NCBI GenBank assembly: GCA_963714095.1
Contig: OY970230.1
Location: 831,907 to 895,906 of the forward strand
From: Candidatus Gottesmanbacteria bacterium
GTDB taxonomy: Bacteria; Patescibacteriota; Microgenomatia; UBA10105; UBA927
Direction: 5' to 3'
DNA: 64,000 nt
Made by a program: the position numbers and the translations under genes. The notes below the pieces were generated by a model, which had not been told where the DNA came from, ran no database searches, and was given only the letters and a program-made list of their open reading frames with translations. Position 1 is the stretch's first letter, and every line of letters starts with the position of its first letter. Shown piece by piece: positions 62,286-64,000 of the stretch.

Positions 62286-64000
62286 ATGAAGCAAAAACCG
62301 AAGTACCTCGTAAACGTAATGACGTTGTACCAGACCCTGTTCTATTGGGCACTCGTCCTCCTTTGGGGAGGAACGCTCATTTGGTTCTGGACATGGTGGC
62401 TTCAAAGCACCCATGTTGTCACGGTGGTCGGCTTATTAATTACCAGTTATGTCGCCGCCTACCAGACGATCATCCCTGGATGGTTCTATTGGTTCGCGGG
62501 ACGGGCAAAGAAGCCGAACATGAATCTGCCTTTTCCGAAAGGACGTGTCGCCATAATGACGACAAAAGTCCCATCGGAACCCAACGAGATGATGTATCAC
62601 ACGCTTTCAGCCATGCTGGCTCAGAAATATCCTGGGCGATTCGATGTATGGCTTGCGGCTGAAGAGTCCCGGCAAGATAATCCGGCTCTGTATGCCTGGT
62701 GTGAAACGCATCACGTTGGCGTCACCTGTCGCAAGGGAATTCCGGAATTTAATCGGAAAACATATCCCGGACAGGCAAAAACCAAGGAAGGCAATACGCT
62801 TTCTTGGTATGAGATGGTTGGATACAAGAACTATGATTACGTCGTGCAGTTGGATGCCGATCACTCCCCTGCCAATTCTGATTATTTGCATCAGATGATT
62901 GCACCGTTTATCAACCCGAAAGTCGGATTGGTAGCGGCACCGAGCATGAACGATGCAAACTATGATGAATCGTGGGCAGTCCGCGGCCGCGTTAATGCTG
63001 AAACTACCTTCCATGGCCTCATGCAGGCAGGATATGCTGCAGACGGATGTGCCATGGGCATTGGTTCGCATTACGCAGTACGCACTGCTGCTCTCAAAGC
63101 CGCAGGCGGCCCTGGCCCTACACGCGCAGAAGATGCGTCAACTACGCTCTTCATAAATGTGGCCGGCTATGACAGCGTCTTTTCTATGGACGCCCTAGCC
63201 CATGGCGAAGGCCCCGGATCGTTCGGTGCGGTCGCGACACAGGAAGTTGACTGGTCGAGTTCTTTGACCCGTATTCTTCTGGAGTGGATGCCGAAAGTTT
63301 TTCATAAGCTGCCGCTACGGAAGAAGATCATATTCCTGTTTTCCCAGGGATGGTACCCGCTGTATGGAAGCATAATGCTCGTAGGGATCATCCTTCCGAC
63401 GATTGCGATGCTGACCAAAACGCCATGGATGTCCATGAATTATCTGGATTTTCTTTGGCGCTGGTGGATGCTGATAATCTGTTGCATCCTGCCTATTTGG
63501 TTCATCAAAGCACATGGCTGGTTCCGACCGTCGAATGCACCCCTCATTAGTTGGGAGGCTATAGCATTTCAGATGGTGCGCTGGCCATGGGTCGTCATTG
63601 GTTGTATCTGGGGAGCCATCGGTGCGCTCTTTAAAACAAGTTACACTTTCCATATCACTCCGAAAGGAGCGAACAAAGAGCGGCCCTTAGGTTTCACTTC
63701 CATAGTGCCCTATCTCGGTATTGTTTTGCTCGTGGGATGGGCAATTATGATGATCGGATCAGCCGGAAAAGCCGAAGGATATCGTTTTTTGGCTTTACTG
63801 GACGTTGCAATGTACACTGCCGCACTTTTAATCATCGTGCTCCGGCATTACAAAGAAGTCGGCGACCTCCGAAGCAGACTTTCAGGAATACCGGGAGTAC
63901 TCGGCAGCATCGTAAGCATTGTACTGGTCCTGGTGGCAACGCTCAGCGCGTTTCCGAAACTGGAACCGGTATTTGCCGAAAATAAAGTGGTACAGGCAAC
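62286..64000 (+). CDS. Cellulose-synthase-like processive GT2 (partial, runs off window end)
   Basis: Manual translation: TMs, TTKVPSEP, KTKEGN, QLDADH, RAEDA, QEVDW (QxxRW-like); AAGGAG SD. Confidence 0.85.
   Translation, partial: MKQKPKYLVNVMTLYQTLFYWALVLLWGGTLIWFWTWWLQSTHVVTVVGLLITSYVAAYQTIIPGWFYWFAGRAKKPNMNLPFPKGRVAIMTTKVPSEPNEMMYHTLSAMLAQKYPGRFDVWLAAEESRQDNPALYAWCETHHVGVTCRKGIPEFNRKTYPGQAKTKEGNTLSWYEMVGYKNYDYVVQLDADHSPANSDYLHQMIAPFINPKVGLVAAPSMNDANYDESWAVRGRVNAETTFHGLMQAGYAADGCAMGIGSHYAVRTAALKAAGGPGPTRAEDASTTLFINVAGYDSVFSMDALAHGEGPGSFGAVATQEVDWSSSLTRILLEWMPKVFHKLPLRKKIIFLFSQGWYPLYGSIMLVGIILPTIAMLTKTPWMSMNYLDFLWRWWMLIICCILPIWFIKAHGWFRPSNAPLISWEAIAFQMVRWPWVVIGCIWGAIGALFKTSYTFHITPKGANKERPLGFTSIVPYLGIVLLVGWAIMMIGSAGKAEGYRFLALLDVAMYTAALLIIVLRHYKEVGDLRSRLSGIPGVLGSIVSIVLVLVATLSAFPKLEPVFAENKVVQA

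Noticed and set aside
63626-63637. boxA-like CGCTCTTTAAAA (similar word near 41037)
   Set aside because: Inside coding sequence, with no leader hairpin or clamp partner seen

Overview
Bacterial chromosomal window whose gene content and short intergenic spacing suggest Patescibacteria/CPR, probably Microgenomates (inference). It holds housekeeping genes (M16 peptidase, ndk, maf, mreB, glgA, rpe, deoC, a coaD-DUF359 fusion, galT-like, rplJ-rplL with L10 leader) and divergent tRNA-Pro(CGG)/tRNA-Arg(CCT). It also carries a sortase with its substrate, a large envelope glycosylation cluster, and a ~11.6-kb collagen-like surface protein gene. Frameshifts between ~31.1 and ~49.6 kb are probably consensus errors. 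Most genes look leaderless (a -10 hexamer 6-8 nt before the start codon). Main candidates: (1) two protein-coding loci with an rRNA-operon-like leader (hairpin + Nus boxA) immediately followed by a 14-17 nt strand whose complement lies in a 3' trailer just before a U-tract, a possible boxA-guided 5'-3' mRNA clamp; (2) an Xis/BldC-type HTH-multiTM-Cache regulator flanked by helically phased CTTGTA/TACAAG arrays next to the collagen gene; (3) a tandem-ParB plus sigma-region-4-like protein beside tRNA-Arg. All family calls come from motif recognition by eye; no searches were run.
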